From Nitrospirota bacterium (GTDB lineage: Bacteria; Nitrospirota; UBA9217), in contig CAVVOB010000012.1 in assembly GCA_963749655.1 (NCBI GenBank), positions 32,001 to 96,000 of the forward strand: a DNA stretch of 64,000 bases. Reading direction: 5' to 3'. Positions 28,941-39,821 of the stretch are shown here, one piece after another (the first letter of the stretch is position 1; each line of letters opens with the position of its first letter). The translations under genes were made by a program, and so were the position numbers. The notes beneath the pieces were generated by a model. That model worked only from the letters and a program-made list of their open reading frames with translations, was not told where the DNA came from and did not search any database.

Positions 28941-29627
28941 ATGGCATTCATTCTCTATCTTGCAGCAGGATTCATTCTCATTCCCTCGGTGGCACTTGCG
29001 TGGGGTCCCATGACCCACATGTTCCTTGGCAATGAACTTCTCTCCTGCGCTCCTCTTCTTCCCGCCGGCATCTACGCCCTTCTGAAAAAGCACAAGCAGG
29101 ATTTCCTGTACGGCAATCTCATGGCCGATATGATCCTGGGGAAGAAGTATCTCCCCGATGACAAGAGCTCCCACTCCTGGGATGTGGGTCTGAGGCTGCT
29201 CGACCAGGCGAAAACCTGGCCCGAACGCGCCTTTTCCTACGGCTACCTGGCACATCTCGCGGCAGACACGGTGGCGCATGAAACGCTCACGGACGACCTG
29301 GGAAATATGGGCCACACCTGGATCGAGCTGAAAGCGGACAGCATTATCAACAAGACCTACTGGCTCCAGACCATCATGATCAGCAAGGCCGTCCGCAAAC
29401 GCAGCGACCTGCTGCTCGAAAATTCGCTCGACAGCTATATCTTCTCCATCAAGACCAACAAGCGGATCTACAAAAGCATGGTGTTCTTCTCGTTTCTAAA
29501 CAAGAAACGGCGGCGCGGCGTGGACCGGGCGCTCATCCACGAGCTGCATGAGGAGTCCATCAGCCGCATGCTCGATTTGCTCCAGCACGGGACAGAGTCC
29601 GTGGTGCTCCAGAAGAATCCACTCTAG
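28941..29627 (+). CDS. Zinc-dependent phospholipase C family protein
   Basis: Signal peptide, AWGPMTH, GYLAHLAADTVAH, H.WIE. Confidence 0.8.
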   Translation: MAFILYLAAGFILIPSVALAWGPMTHMFLGNELLSCAPLLPAGIYALLKKHKQDFLYGNLMADMILGKKYLPDDKSSHSWDVGLRLLDQAKTWPERAFSYGYLAHLAADTVAHETLTDDLGNMGHTWIELKADSIINKTYWLQTIMISKAVRKRSDLLLENSLDSYIFSIKTNKRIYKSMVFFSFLNKKRRRGVDRALIHELHEESISRMLDLLQHGTESVVLQKNPL

Positions 29628-29838
29628 CTCCGCCCGCATTCCGGGCGATCCCCAATCAAATGAATTGAACGGGCCTGCACCGCTGTTCGCGGACACCGGA
29701 AGGAACATGTCCGCTTGCACCCGAAAGACCGCTTCTGCTTTGAAGTCCTGACGCGGCGCAAGGCGATCCGTTCCTCATGCCGGGCCCCGGCGTCAGGATA
29801 GAAATGTCACTGCATTCTGGAAGGAACATGGCTAGGCA

Positions 29839-31116
29839 ATGAACCGCGGTCTGCGCATAAAGCTGTTGAAACGGCTGTTTCTCGTGTCCGTCGTTATGGC
29901 CGCTCTTTCCGGTTTTTTCGTGTACCTCCTTGAGATGCAGCGGGTCAACGAGCAGGTCGTTTCCCTTGCCCTGGAGGAATCCCACGGCCTCATGGAGCAC
30001 ATCTCCTTTCTCTCGGCGAGGGACAAGGAGGATTACGACCGCGTACGGGACCAGGCAGCGCAGCATATCCTCGCCGAGCACGTGATCAAGGGGCATTTCA
30101 TCACCATCGAGCTGTATGACCGGGGAAAAATCAAAGTGCTCGAGGTTACCGACCCCGAGTTCGATTCGGTCGATCAGGAGATCGACCGGAAAAAACATGA
30201 TGTCATGCCGGGTGAGGCGGTGGATTACCAGAAGTTCTATATGCGCTCCGCCCTATACGTGGATATCTTCGCGCCGCTCAAACTTGCCTCCGACGAGACG
30301 GTCGCCTATTTCGAGGGGATCTACCGGATCGATGCTCATGCCCTGAACGACATTTACCGCCGTCTGCTCTTGACGGTCCTGCTGGTGATCGTCATCGTTT
30401 TCTTCACGACCATCGCCCTCTATCCCGTCATTATCAGGCTGAACCGCGACACGGTCAGACTGTCGGACGATCTCACGAGCGCGAACATGGGCATGCTGGA
30501 GGTCCTGGGAAGCGCTGTCGCGAAGCGGGACCGTGGTACCAATGATCATAACTACCGCGTTACCCTCTATGCGATCCGCCTGGCCGAGGCGGTCGGACTT
30601 GGCAGTGAGAGGATCACCGGCCTGATCAAGGGGGCCTTTCTGCACGACGTGGGCAAGATCGGCATCGCCGACGCGATCCTGCTGAAGCCTGCGGGGCTCG
30701 ACGAGCAGGAGATCAGGATCATGGCGATCCATGTGCAGCACGGCGTGGACATCATCGGAAAGTACACCTGGCTTCGGGACGCCCTGGACGTCATTCGCTA
30801 TCACCATGAAAAGTACGACGGCACCGGCTATTTGTCCGGGATTGCAGGCAGGAATATCCCGCTCGCGGCGAGGATCTTCGCCGTCGTGGATGTTTTCGAT
30901 GCATTGACGACGAAACGGCCGTACCGGGACCCGGCCACGCTGGAGACCACGCTGCAGATCATGCGGGAAGACCGGGGGAGGGCGTTTGATCCCTCTGTAC
31001 TCGATGTTTTCCTGGGAATGGCGCCCGACCTGTACCGGGATGTCTGTCTCGCAGGTGAAAAGGACCTGGAGCGGAGTCTGGACGGGTATCTGAAGAAATA
31101 CTTTCTCCAGGCATGA
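29839..31116 (+). CDS. Membrane HD-GYP domain protein (c-di-GMP phosphodiesterase-like)
   Basis: Two TM segments; RD..T..H..RV, LHDVGKIG, HHEKYDGTGYL, ARIFAVVDVFDALTTKRPY. Confidence 0.9.
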   Translation: MNRGLRIKLLKRLFLVSVVMAALSGFFVYLLEMQRVNEQVVSLALEESHGLMEHISFLSARDKEDYDRVRDQAAQHILAEHVIKGHFITIELYDRGKIKVLEVTDPEFDSVDQEIDRKKHDVMPGEAVDYQKFYMRSALYVDIFAPLKLASDETVAYFEGIYRIDAHALNDIYRRLLLTVLLVIVIVFFTTIALYPVIIRLNRDTVRLSDDLTSANMGMLEVLGSAVAKRDRGTNDHNYRVTLYAIRLAEAVGLGSERITGLIKGAFLHDVGKIGIADAILLKPAGLDEQEIRIMAIHVQHGVDIIGKYTWLRDALDVIRYHHEKYDGTGYLSGIAGRNIPLAARIFAVVDVFDALTTKRPYRDPATLETTLQIMREDRGRAFDPSVLDVFLGMAPDLYRDVCLAGEKDLERSLDGYLKKYFLQA

Positions 31117-31293
31117 CGTTCCTCTCGCTGATTTTGTCGCCTGTCGCCGCAGTTCCGACAGACGATGCTGTTGCCCTGCTTCGCAGTTGGAAATCGGTCC
31201 CGCAGGCAGGCCCGCCATCCCCCTTTCTCCCGGAAAATCTGCTATAGTTATTTCTCAATAGACCGATATCGTTCGAGTAGCAACGAGGTGCTC

Positions 31294-31701
31294 GTGCAGC
31301 TGAACGAATGGAATGAAGACTTTGCCGTCCAGATCGAAGTGATCGACGACCAGCATAAAAAACTGGTGGGCATCCTGAACCGTCTGGGTGACGCCATGTC
31401 CGAAGGAAAGGGCCGCACGGTGCTGGGCGATGTTCTGGCCGACCTGGCGGATTACACAGCCTATCATTTTCAGACCGAGGAAAGCCTGCTCCAGCAGTAT
31501 GCCTACCCTGAGCTGGAGCGGCACAAGGCATTGCACGACGAAATGACGGTCAAAGCGAAAGAACTCAGAGACGATTTTGAGGCGGGGAACTGGATGCTCA
31601 TCATCGATACATTGAAGTTTCTCGGTGCCTGGCTGAAGGAGCACATTCTGGGCGAGGACAGAAAATACGCACCGTTCCTGAAGGACAAGGGCGTAAAGTG
31701 A
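31294..31701 (+). CDS. Bacteriohemerythrin
   Basis: W...IDDQHKKL, HFQTEE, HKALH, WLKEHILGED. Confidence 0.93.
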   Translation: MQLNEWNEDFAVQIEVIDDQHKKLVGILNRLGDAMSEGKGRTVLGDVLADLADYTAYHFQTEESLLQQYAYPELERHKALHDEMTVKAKELRDDFEAGNWMLIIDTLKFLGAWLKEHILGEDRKYAPFLKDKGVK

Positions 31702-31714
31702 TTGGGAGGTTTCC

Positions 31715-32197
31715 ATGGAACTGACGACCGTCAAGATCGACATCCCCGAGGGCTGCAATGTCATCCTCGGCCAGACCCATTTCATCAAGACCGCAGAAGA
31801 CCTGTATGAGATCATTGCCACAACCGTGCCGCAAGCGAAGTTCGGCGTGGCCTTTACCGAAGCCTCGGGGCCGTGCCTCATCCGAACAGAAGGGAACGAC
31901 GAGGGAATGATCGCCTCCTGCGTCCGGGCCCTGCAGTCGATCGCCGCGGGCCACGTGTTCTGCATCTATCTTAAGAACGCGTTCCCCATCAACGTGCTGA
32001 ACCAGATCAAGAACTGCCCCGAGGTCTGCCGCATCTTCTGCGCCACGGCCAATCCTCTCGAGGTCGTCGTTGCGTCGACGAGCCAGGGCAAGGGGATCGC
32101 AGGCGTGATCGACGGCGCTTCGCCCAAAGGCGTCGAGACCGAAGAAGACAAGGCGCAGCGCAGGGGGTTCCTGAGAAAGATAGGATATAAGCTGTAA
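31715..32197 (+). CDS. Adenosine-specific kinase / AMP-protein transferase (DUF355)
   Basis: NVILGQTHFIKTAEDL, EASGPCL, AGHVF, CATANP, GVIDG, IGYKL. Confidence 0.88.
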   Translation: MELTTVKIDIPEGCNVILGQTHFIKTAEDLYEIIATTVPQAKFGVAFTEASGPCLIRTEGNDEGMIASCVRALQSIAAGHVFCIYLKNAFPINVLNQIKNCPEVCRIFCATANPLEVVVASTSQGKGIAGVIDGASPKGVETEEDKAQRRGFLRKIGYKL

Positions 32198-32313
32198 GAT
32201 TTAGGAGCCAGCAGCCAGGGGCCCCAGGAGAGGCCTGTTGCGCAAGTGGCGCATTCCTTGACCCTTGCTTCCTTCCCCTTCACCCTCCTTCCCAAACCTG
32301 TTACAGTGTCTTC

Positions 32314-33446
32314 ATGGCAGACAAACAGCGGGCAGAAACGATCATTTCCATCGGCGGCGGCAAGGGCGGCGTGGGCAAGAGCATCCTCTCCATTGCGCTC
32401 GGCACGGTCCTGGCCCGCAGCGGCAGGAGCGTGGTTCTTGCGGACCTCGACCTCGGGGCCGCGAATCTCCATACCTACCTCGGCATCCTCGGCAGGACGC
32501 CGACCATCGCGGACTTCATCCTGAACAAAGTCCCTTCCCTCGAAAATCTCATGGTCGAGACACCGGTAAGGAACATGGGGCTCATCAGCGGGGCAGAGTT
32601 CATCCCGGGCATCACCAATCCGGCCCACTGGATGAAACTCAAGCTCATGCGCCATCTGCGCGCGCTTCCCGCGGACTATGTCATCATCGACCTGGGGGCG
32701 GGCGTCCATTTCAACACTCTCGATTTTTTCGGCATTTCCGACCGCGGCGTCGTGATCACGGCGCCCGAGCCCGGAGCGGTGATGAACGCCTACAGCTTCG
32801 TGAAGGGCGCCCTATTCCGCAAGATGCAGAGCATCTTCAGAAACAATCCCGCGGTCGCCGCCCTCATCGAGGCCGAGACAGGGCGGGGCGACGGCGAGAG
32901 CCGGTTCACCCTGGACTGGCTCAAGGGGGCGCTTGCGAAGACCGCACCCGATCTGCTTCCGCTGGTGTCCGAGATCGAGATGTCGTTCACGCCGGCGCTC
33001 ATCATCAACCGCGCGCCCGAAGGTCATACCCATGTGCTCGTCCGGAACCTTATTTCCCTGTGCTCGGAAAAACTCGGCATTACGCTGGAGCATGTCGGCG
33101 ACCTGCCTGAGGCGCGGGAACTCACGAACCATCTCCTGAACGTTCCCCGGTTCTTCGACCTGCCCGGCGGCGCGGCCTATTTCTCAGCAGCCGGCCGGAT
33201 CGCCGAGCGGATTCTGCGGCACGCCGCACCGGGGCAGGTTCCGACGCGGCGCCCGTGGATTTCAGCGACGAAGAGCGGGACGAGATCCTGCGCTTCATCG
33301 ATTCCCTGGACGAACGCGTATTCAGCCGGACCAGCAAGAACGCCTGGAAGCTCAGGATGTTCTTCAAGCCTGCCGACGTGGTGAGCTACCTCGTCAGCCG
33401 CGGCGCAAAGCACGACCTGTTCTTCAAGCCTTCGAAAATAAACTAG
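32314..33446 (+). CDS. MinD/FlhG-like P-loop ATPase (frameshift near 33245)
   Basis: Deviant Walker A GGKGGVGKS, DLDLGAANLH, IIDLGAG; the C-terminus continues in ORF 33255-33446. Confidence 0.8.
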
Positions 33447-33631
33447 GTCCGGCTGCAGGCAGCAGGAGTCTGGGAAAGCGACGGGGGAAAAGCCTTTACG
33501 CACGTGAAGGCCCTGTGCGCCGGAGAAACATTCCTTGATTATTTTCTTTAAAAGCAGTAAAATCCGCGAATCCGTAAAAAAAGTCATGTCCGGAGAAGTT
33601 CCTCTGCAGAGACCAGGAAAAGGGAGAAACC

Positions 33632-34396
33632 ATGAACGGTGTTCGTGTACAGCAGCAACATTCTCGTTTGCAGTCATGATGGTGCTCAGCGGAGCGGCTT
33701 TCGCTGCGCCGACAGCCGCGGAAAACCCCTCCGACCGGCAAGATGAAGGCGAAGGAAGCGGCGGCACAATTGTCGTCTCGCTTTCGGGAAAGGTCGTGGA
33801 AACCATGAACTCCGGCGGGTATACCTATGTCTGTCTTGAAAAGGCCGGAAAGAAGACTTGGGTGGCGGTGCCGGAGACGAACAGTGGCCAGTGGGCCGGG
33901 AGATGGCGTTTCAACCCGGAACACCGATGTCCAATTTCACGAGCAAGTCCCTCAAAAGGACCTTCGACGTAATCTATTTTTCGAGCGGACCGACATCTTC
34001 CGGGGAAGCGGGCGAAGCAGCCGGCAACGGCTCCGGCCAGGAAAAAGATCCGCTCCTGCTCCGATTAAGAACGTAAAGGTGGAAAAGGCAGCGGGCCCCG
34101 ATGCTTATACCATAGCGGAAGTTTTCGGAAAGCGGGCCAAGCTCCACGGAAAAAGCGCGGTCATCCATGCAACGGTGGTGAAGGTCGCGACAGGCATCAT
34201 GGGCAAGAACTGGCTGCACCTGCAGGACGGTACCGGTGACGCAGCGAAGAACACCAACGATCTTGTCGTGACGACGGAGGATACGGCGGAGATCGGCGAC
34301 GTCGTGACGGTCAAGGGAACAGTCTTCAAAGACAAGGATTTCGGCTCGGGATACAAGTACAGCGTTATCCTTGAAAAGGCGAGCATCCAGCACTGA
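33632..34396 (+). CDS. Exported OB-fold protein (frameshifted)
   Basis: [15 protein letters not shown]...WVAVP and [15 protein letters not shown]...[10 protein letters not shown] in successive frames. Confidence 0.65.
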
Positions 34397-34425
34397 TCCG
34401 GGGCCGTGACATTCCCAGCGACAAT

Positions 34426-34455
34426 GAGCCCCGTGTTCTCGCGGGGCTTTTTTTT
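34426..34455 (+). terminator. Intrinsic terminator
   Basis: AGCCCCG...CGGGGCT followed by a T run. Confidence 0.75.
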
Positions 34456-34488
34456 AATCAGGGAAGCAGTGATCAAGGGAGAGGGAAC

Positions 34489-36276
34489 ATGCAGAAGGGA
34501 TCGAAGAACGAAAAGCTGAACGCCTGGATCAGTGAAGTCGCCGATCTGTGCAAGCCCGATACAATCGTCTGGTGCGACGGCTCCAGCGAGGAATACGACC
34601 GGTTGATGGCAGCCATGCGCGAGGGCGGCATGGCCATCCCGCTCGCAAAGAGGCCGAACAGCTTTCTGTTCCGCACCGATCCGAGCGACGTGGCACGCGT
34701 GGAGGACCGCACCTATATCAGCACCTCTTCCCGCGACGAGGCGGGGCCGACGAACAACTGGATCGCCGTTGCTGAACTCAAGAAGACCATGTCCGATCTA
34801 TACCGAGGCTGCATGAAGGGCCGTACGATGTATGTCATCCCCTTTTCCATGGGTCCCATCGGCTCCCCCATCTCCAAGATCGGCGTCGAAGTGACCGACA
34901 GCCCCTATGTGGTCTGCAACATGCACATCATGACCCGCGTCGGCACGAAGGTGCTCGACGCGCTCGGAGCGAACGGAGCGTTCATCCCCTGCCTGCACTC
35001 CATCGGCGCACCGCTCGACAAGGGGCAAAAGGACGCCGCCTGGCCCTGCGCTCCCATTGAACAAAAATACATCAGCCACTTTCCCGAGGAGAACCTGATC
35101 TGGTCCTACGGCTCGGGCTACGGCGGCAACGCCCTGCTCGGGAAAAAGTGCCTCGCCCTCCGGATCGCCTCGAACATGGCCCGGAAGGAAGGCTGGATGG
35201 CGGAGCATATGCTGATCCTGCGCCTGACCAGCCCGGAAGGCAAACGCTACCATATCGCCGCCGCGTTCCCCTCGGCATGCGGCAAAACGAATCTTGCCAT
35301 GATGCAGCCTTCGCTCAAAGGCTGGAAATGCGAATGCATCGGCGACGATATCGCGTGGATGAAGATCCGGGGAGACGGCAGGCTCCATGCCATCAATCCC
35401 GAAAGCGGCTTCTTCGGCGTCGGACCGGGCACATCGTATACCACGAACCCCGCGGCCATGAACACGCTCAGGGAAAACATTATTTTCACGAACTGCGCGC
35501 TCACGGACGACGGCGATATCTGGTGGGAAGGCATGACCGAGGACGCGCCTGCCCATGCCCTGGACTGGAAGGGGCGAGACTGGACCCCGGCGAGCCGCGA
35601 AGAGGCGGCCCATTCCAACGCGCGGTTCACGGCGCCGGCGCGTCAGTGCCCCGTCATCTGTCCGGACTGGGAAAATCCCGAGGGCGTGCCGATCGACATC
35701 TTCATCTTCGGCGGCCGCCGCGGCAGCGTCGTGCCCCTCGTATCCGAGGCCTACTCCTGGGACCACGGCGTGTTTCTCGGCGCCACCGCGGCTTCGGAGA
35801 CCACGTCGGCCAACATCGGCGCGGTCGGCAACCTGAGAAGGGACCCCTTTGCCATGAAGCCCTTCTGCGGCTACCATATGGGCGACTACTTCCATCACTG
35901 GCTCTCGATGGGCGACCGTCTGGGGAGCAAAGCGCCGCGGGTCTTCTATGTGAACTGGTTCCGGAAGAGCAGCGAGGGCAGGTTCCTCTGGCCCGGGTTC
36001 AGCGACAACAGCCGCGTGCTGAAGTGGATGTGCGACCGCGTTGACGGGAGAGTCGGCGCCAAAGAGACGCCCATCGGGCTGATGCCGAAAGACGGCGACC
36101 TCGATCTCACGGGTCTTTCAGTCACGCAGGAAAATATGAAGGCCCTGATGAACGTCGATATGAAAGAGTGGAGATCCGAGATCCCGGACATCGAAAAGCA
36201 TTTCGCGCTTTTTGGGAGCCGGCTGCCGGAGAGGCTGAAAAAACAGCTCGACGAATTCCGCAAGCGGTTGGGGTAG
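34489..36276 (+). CDS. pckG: Phosphoenolpyruvate carboxykinase (GTP)
   Basis: [45 protein letters not shown]. Confidence 0.97.
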   Translation: MQKGSKNEKLNAWISEVADLCKPDTIVWCDGSSEEYDRLMAAMREGGMAIPLAKRPNSFLFRTDPSDVARVEDRTYISTSSRDEAGPTNNWIAVAELKKTMSDLYRGCMKGRTMYVIPFSMGPIGSPISKIGVEVTDSPYVVCNMHIMTRVGTKVLDALGANGAFIPCLHSIGAPLDKGQKDAAWPCAPIEQKYISHFPEENLIWSYGSGYGGNALLGKKCLALRIASNMARKEGWMAEHMLILRLTSPEGKRYHIAAAFPSACGKTNLAMMQPSLKGWKCECIGDDIAWMKIRGDGRLHAINPESGFFGVGPGTSYTTNPAAMNTLRENIIFTNCALTDDGDIWWEGMTEDAPAHALDWKGRDWTPASREEAAHSNARFTAPARQCPVICPDWENPEGVPIDIFIFGGRRGSVVPLVSEAYSWDHGVFLGATAASETTSANIGAVGNLRRDPFAMKPFCGYHMGDYFHHWLSMGDRLGSKAPRVFYVNWFRKSSEGRFLWPGFSDNSRVLKWMCDRVDGRVGAKETPIGLMPKDGDLDLTGLSVTQENMKALMNVDMKEWRSEIPDIEKHFALFGSRLPERLKKQLDEFRKRLG

Positions 36277-36429
36277 GTTTTCGAACCAGTGCCGAAACCA
36301 AAAGCATCTTCGCGCAAACAGACGCAAAGGCGCCAAGGGAACCATAACTAAGCTCAAATCAGGCCTTTCTTTGCGGCTTGGCGGCTTTGCGCGAGATGGT
36401 TCAGTTTTTTCATCGTTTTTTCACCAGCA

Positions 36430-38157
36430 GTGAACAGCATGCAAAAAATCTCCCCTCAAAAGTCCCTCGTGAACGTGCTGGGCGTGGTGTACCTTCACAC
36501 CAAGACCGAGGACGGCGGTGATCTGTACCTCACGCGTCATGCCCAATCCCACCAGGAGCACCTCAATATCCAGAACTGGTATGAAGAGGAATGGTTTGCC
36601 GCGCACCGTGTCAGACTGCTCGGAACCAGCTCCGTGTACCGTGTGTCAACGAAACCGGTCAAGAACGTGAGTCTCGACCTCGTGGTCAAGAACTGCCGCG
36701 TGGGAGAGGACGTCCCGATCAACACCCACACGCTCGAGGAGTTCGTCAGCGCCGAGTTCAACAGCCCCTGGGAGGAGTTCGCCCTGGTCATGGAGATGGA
36801 CGATCGTCAGGTCGGCCAGCGGATCGGGTGGATCAGGGTTCAGCGGCCCCTCGCCATTTACGTCCCGCCCCAGACCATGCAGCTCTGGCAGAGCGGCCGG
36901 TCCCGGTCCCGCATCAACCGCATCCGCGCGCGCCATCCCGGCATCGACCTCGACATCCTCAAGCAATACAAGCTCGTCTACGAGTGGATCCGGGGAAAGA
37001 ACCTGATCGAGATCTTCGAAGGGATCAAACTCGAGTTTCCCGACATCGTGGAACACCTCAAGATCATGCAGAAGATGGCCTTCGATGACCTGAGCACAAA
37101 AGGGTACCACATGGCGGACATGAAGCCCGAGCACGTCATCATCGATGAGGCTGACTGCGAGCGCATCGAGCTTGCCGGAAAAGGCGGGAATGCCGAAGCG
37201 ACAAACAGGCAGGTGGACCTCGTCTACCAGCTGCTCCGGGGCGGGAACTATTCGGTCATCGATTACGAGCTGCTCTTTCGCACGCCCGAACACGAAGACC
37301 GGGTCAAGGCATCGAGGCGGCACTCGTACCTGGACGACATGCGGGACCGCTTTACGCCGACGCCGCTTCCGTCGCATCTTGCGCGCACGGAGATCTTCGG
37401 CGTTCCCTATATCTTCGGCCATGCAGAGAGCACCGGCGGCCGCATGTGGGTCGTGGGCAGGAACGGGCGCCTGTTCGATTATTTTCTGCCCGAGCGCTGG
37501 CGAAAGACGCCGAGCCTGAGCCTGTCGGACACCAATGAGGTATACTACACGGTCACGAAGGACAACATCCATCTCGTCTGGAAGGCGTCTCGTGTGGGAG
37601 AGATTCCCGCTGTCAAAAAATACAATGCCGAGGAGATCGAGAAGATCAGGCACTACGGCATCAACAGTCCCTTCGAGGAGTTCGCCGTATCCCAGGCGCT
37701 GAACGAACAGGGCATCCATTCCGTCTATGTCCGCGCCATCTATATGACGGGCAGCCTGAAGATCGAGATCTCGTCGGACCCCCGGAAGTACCAGTCCCAC
37801 AAGCAAATCGTCGATACCGACGGCAATCCCGTGCTGGCGGTGGAGCACAATTACATCACGATCCGCGGCTTCTACAACGGACCTGATGCCTGGGTGTCTC
37901 AGCGCGAAGAGACATCGCTGCTCACGCCCGTCGACCTGGCAAAGGCAGTGCGCAAGAAGATCATCGATGAACGAACCTGCACAGCATATCTGGAGCGCGT
38001 CAGGGACCGGCTGCTCACCGCGGGATATGACGGTTCGCTGCTCAAGGCCAATGATCTTCTGCTCGCCCTCGATTCCCATGGCCAGATCATGAAGGACAAA
38101 TCGGGCGAGCCGGACATCATCATCTGCAACTTCGAGATCATCTGGAAGATCTTTTAG
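36430..38157 (+). CDS. Hypothetical protein with two tandem protein-kinase-like domains
   Basis: Internal duplication (LVVK..RVGE / LVWK..RVGE; NSPWEEFA / NSPFEEFA); first half has ADMKPEH and VIDYE. Confidence 0.6.
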   Translation: MNSMQKISPQKSLVNVLGVVYLHTKTEDGGDLYLTRHAQSHQEHLNIQNWYEEEWFAAHRVRLLGTSSVYRVSTKPVKNVSLDLVVKNCRVGEDVPINTHTLEEFVSAEFNSPWEEFALVMEMDDRQVGQRIGWIRVQRPLAIYVPPQTMQLWQSGRSRSRINRIRARHPGIDLDILKQYKLVYEWIRGKNLIEIFEGIKLEFPDIVEHLKIMQKMAFDDLSTKGYHMADMKPEHVIIDEADCERIELAGKGGNAEATNRQVDLVYQLLRGGNYSVIDYELLFRTPEHEDRVKASRRHSYLDDMRDRFTPTPLPSHLARTEIFGVPYIFGHAESTGGRMWVVGRNGRLFDYFLPERWRKTPSLSLSDTNEVYYTVTKDNIHLVWKASRVGEIPAVKKYNAEEIEKIRHYGINSPFEEFAVSQALNEQGIHSVYVRAIYMTGSLKIEISSDPRKYQSHKQIVDTDGNPVLAVEHNYITIRGFYNGPDAWVSQREETSLLTPVDLAKAVRKKIIDERTCTAYLERVRDRLLTAGYDGSLLKANDLLLALDSHGQIMKDKSGEPDIIICNFEIIWKIF

Positions 38158-38452
38158 GATCCTTGGTTGTCATCACCGCGCTGTCAGTATTCTCCGACGG
38201 TTTTCCGATCTCGCTCATACTTTAGCCTCAACAATCGTCCGCCCTCTTCTTCGATCTCAATCAGCCCTGTGCTATGATTTAAGCATCAGTGAACCTCTGT
38301 CAGCATCATCTCCGAGCGGCTGCCAGGCGCTTTTGTAAAGAAACCAACGGCACTCCGCGGCCGCCGGGTACGCATCCCGACCCACATGCGACAGCAATTG
38401 CTGCTGCAGAACAAGAGGACAAAAAGAATACGATGAAGGAGAGGAGGCTGCC

Positions 38453-39568
38453 ATGAAGACCACCGTGAGCGTGATCAAAGCTGATATCGGTTCCGTCGGA
38501 GGTCATATCTGTCCCTCGGAAAAGCTGCTTGAAACCGTGAAGAAGCATGTGACGGAAAAGGGCCGGGATATTCTGATCGACAACTATGTGAGTTTCACCG
38601 GTGACGACATTGCGATCCTCATGACCCACCGGTCCGGCGAGGGAAATGAGCAGGTCCACAAACTTGCCTGGGACGCTTTTGTTGCCGGGACTGCCGTTGC
38701 GAAATCACAGGGCCTCTACGGCGCTGGCCAGGACCTCTTGAAGGACGCTTTCTCCGGGAATGTCCACGGCATGGGCCCCGCTGTCGCGGAAATGGAATTC
38801 GACGAGCGGCCCGGGGAACCTTTCCTGTTTTTCGCTGCGGACAAGACCGACCCAGGCGCGTACAACTTCCCGCTTTATCTCGCGTTCACCGACGCCATGA
38901 ATACGCCCGGCCTTATGCTTTCTCCAAAAATGGCCCAGGGCTTCAGCTTCACGATCATGGACGTGAACCATACGGAAGGCGATCGCGTCGTCGAGCTCTC
39001 CGCTCCCGAAGACCTCTACGATATCGCTACGCTGCTCCGCGACCCTGAGCGGTATGTGGTCGAGTCCGTGTGGTCGCGCGCGGCGGGCACACAGGCTGCG
39101 GCAGTGGCAACGTCGCGGCTTCACAACATCGCGGGAAAATACACGGGCAAGGACGATCCCGTGATGCTGGTCAGGAGCCAGATGGATTTTCCTGCAACAG
39201 GCGAGATCCTCCAGCCCTTCTCCGTCGGCCACTTCGTGGCGGGTTGCATGCGGGGTTCGCACAACATGCCGATCATGCCCGTGAAGCTCAATACGACCAT
39301 CAGCTGGTTCGACGGTCCGCCCGTAGTCAGCTGCGCGGCCTTCTCGCTTCGCGACGGAAAGCTGACCGGACCGGTGGACGCCTTCGACCATCCGTTCTGG
39401 GACCGGGTGCGCGCGCACGTTGCCGACAAGGCAATGGACATGCGGAGGCAGGGTTTCTTCGGCGCCGCCATGCTGCCGATGAACGAGCTGGAGTACACGG
39501 GGATCATGGAAAAGCTTGCCGCGATCGAGAAGAAGTTTGCGGTGCGGGCGATGAAAAAAGCCGCATAG
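38453..39568 (+). CDS. fbp: Fructose-1,6-bisphosphate aldolase/phosphatase (class V FBPase)
   Basis: SVIKADIGSVGGH, GDDI, YGAGQDLLKDAFSGN, DKTDPGA, YTGKDDP, MRGSH, ELEYT. Confidence 0.96.
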   Translation: MKTTVSVIKADIGSVGGHICPSEKLLETVKKHVTEKGRDILIDNYVSFTGDDIAILMTHRSGEGNEQVHKLAWDAFVAGTAVAKSQGLYGAGQDLLKDAFSGNVHGMGPAVAEMEFDERPGEPFLFFAADKTDPGAYNFPLYLAFTDAMNTPGLMLSPKMAQGFSFTIMDVNHTEGDRVVELSAPEDLYDIATLLRDPERYVVESVWSRAAGTQAAAVATSRLHNIAGKYTGKDDPVMLVRSQMDFPATGEILQPFSVGHFVAGCMRGSHNMPIMPVKLNTTISWFDGPPVVSCAAFSLRDGKLTGPVDAFDHPFWDRVRAHVADKAMDMRRQGFFGAAMLPMNELEYTGIMEKLAAIEKKFAVRAMKKAA

Positions 39569-39821
39569 CTGTATCGGTCCTCTCGGGCACAAGATGACGG
39601 CCGGGGCAAAAGTCCCCGGCTTTGTCATCTCTGGATTGAGAGGATCGCACTCTCGTAAATACCGGAAGAAAAGCCTAATACGCTTTTTTTGCCACGAATG
39701 AGCACGAATTTTCACGAATGTAAATAGCGCATTCAGTCTGTGCTCATCAGTGTTTATCAGTGGTCCCAACGGTCTGTTGCGTAGGGTGCTACAATAAAAA
39801 TAGACGAAAAAGCAGGGTGCC

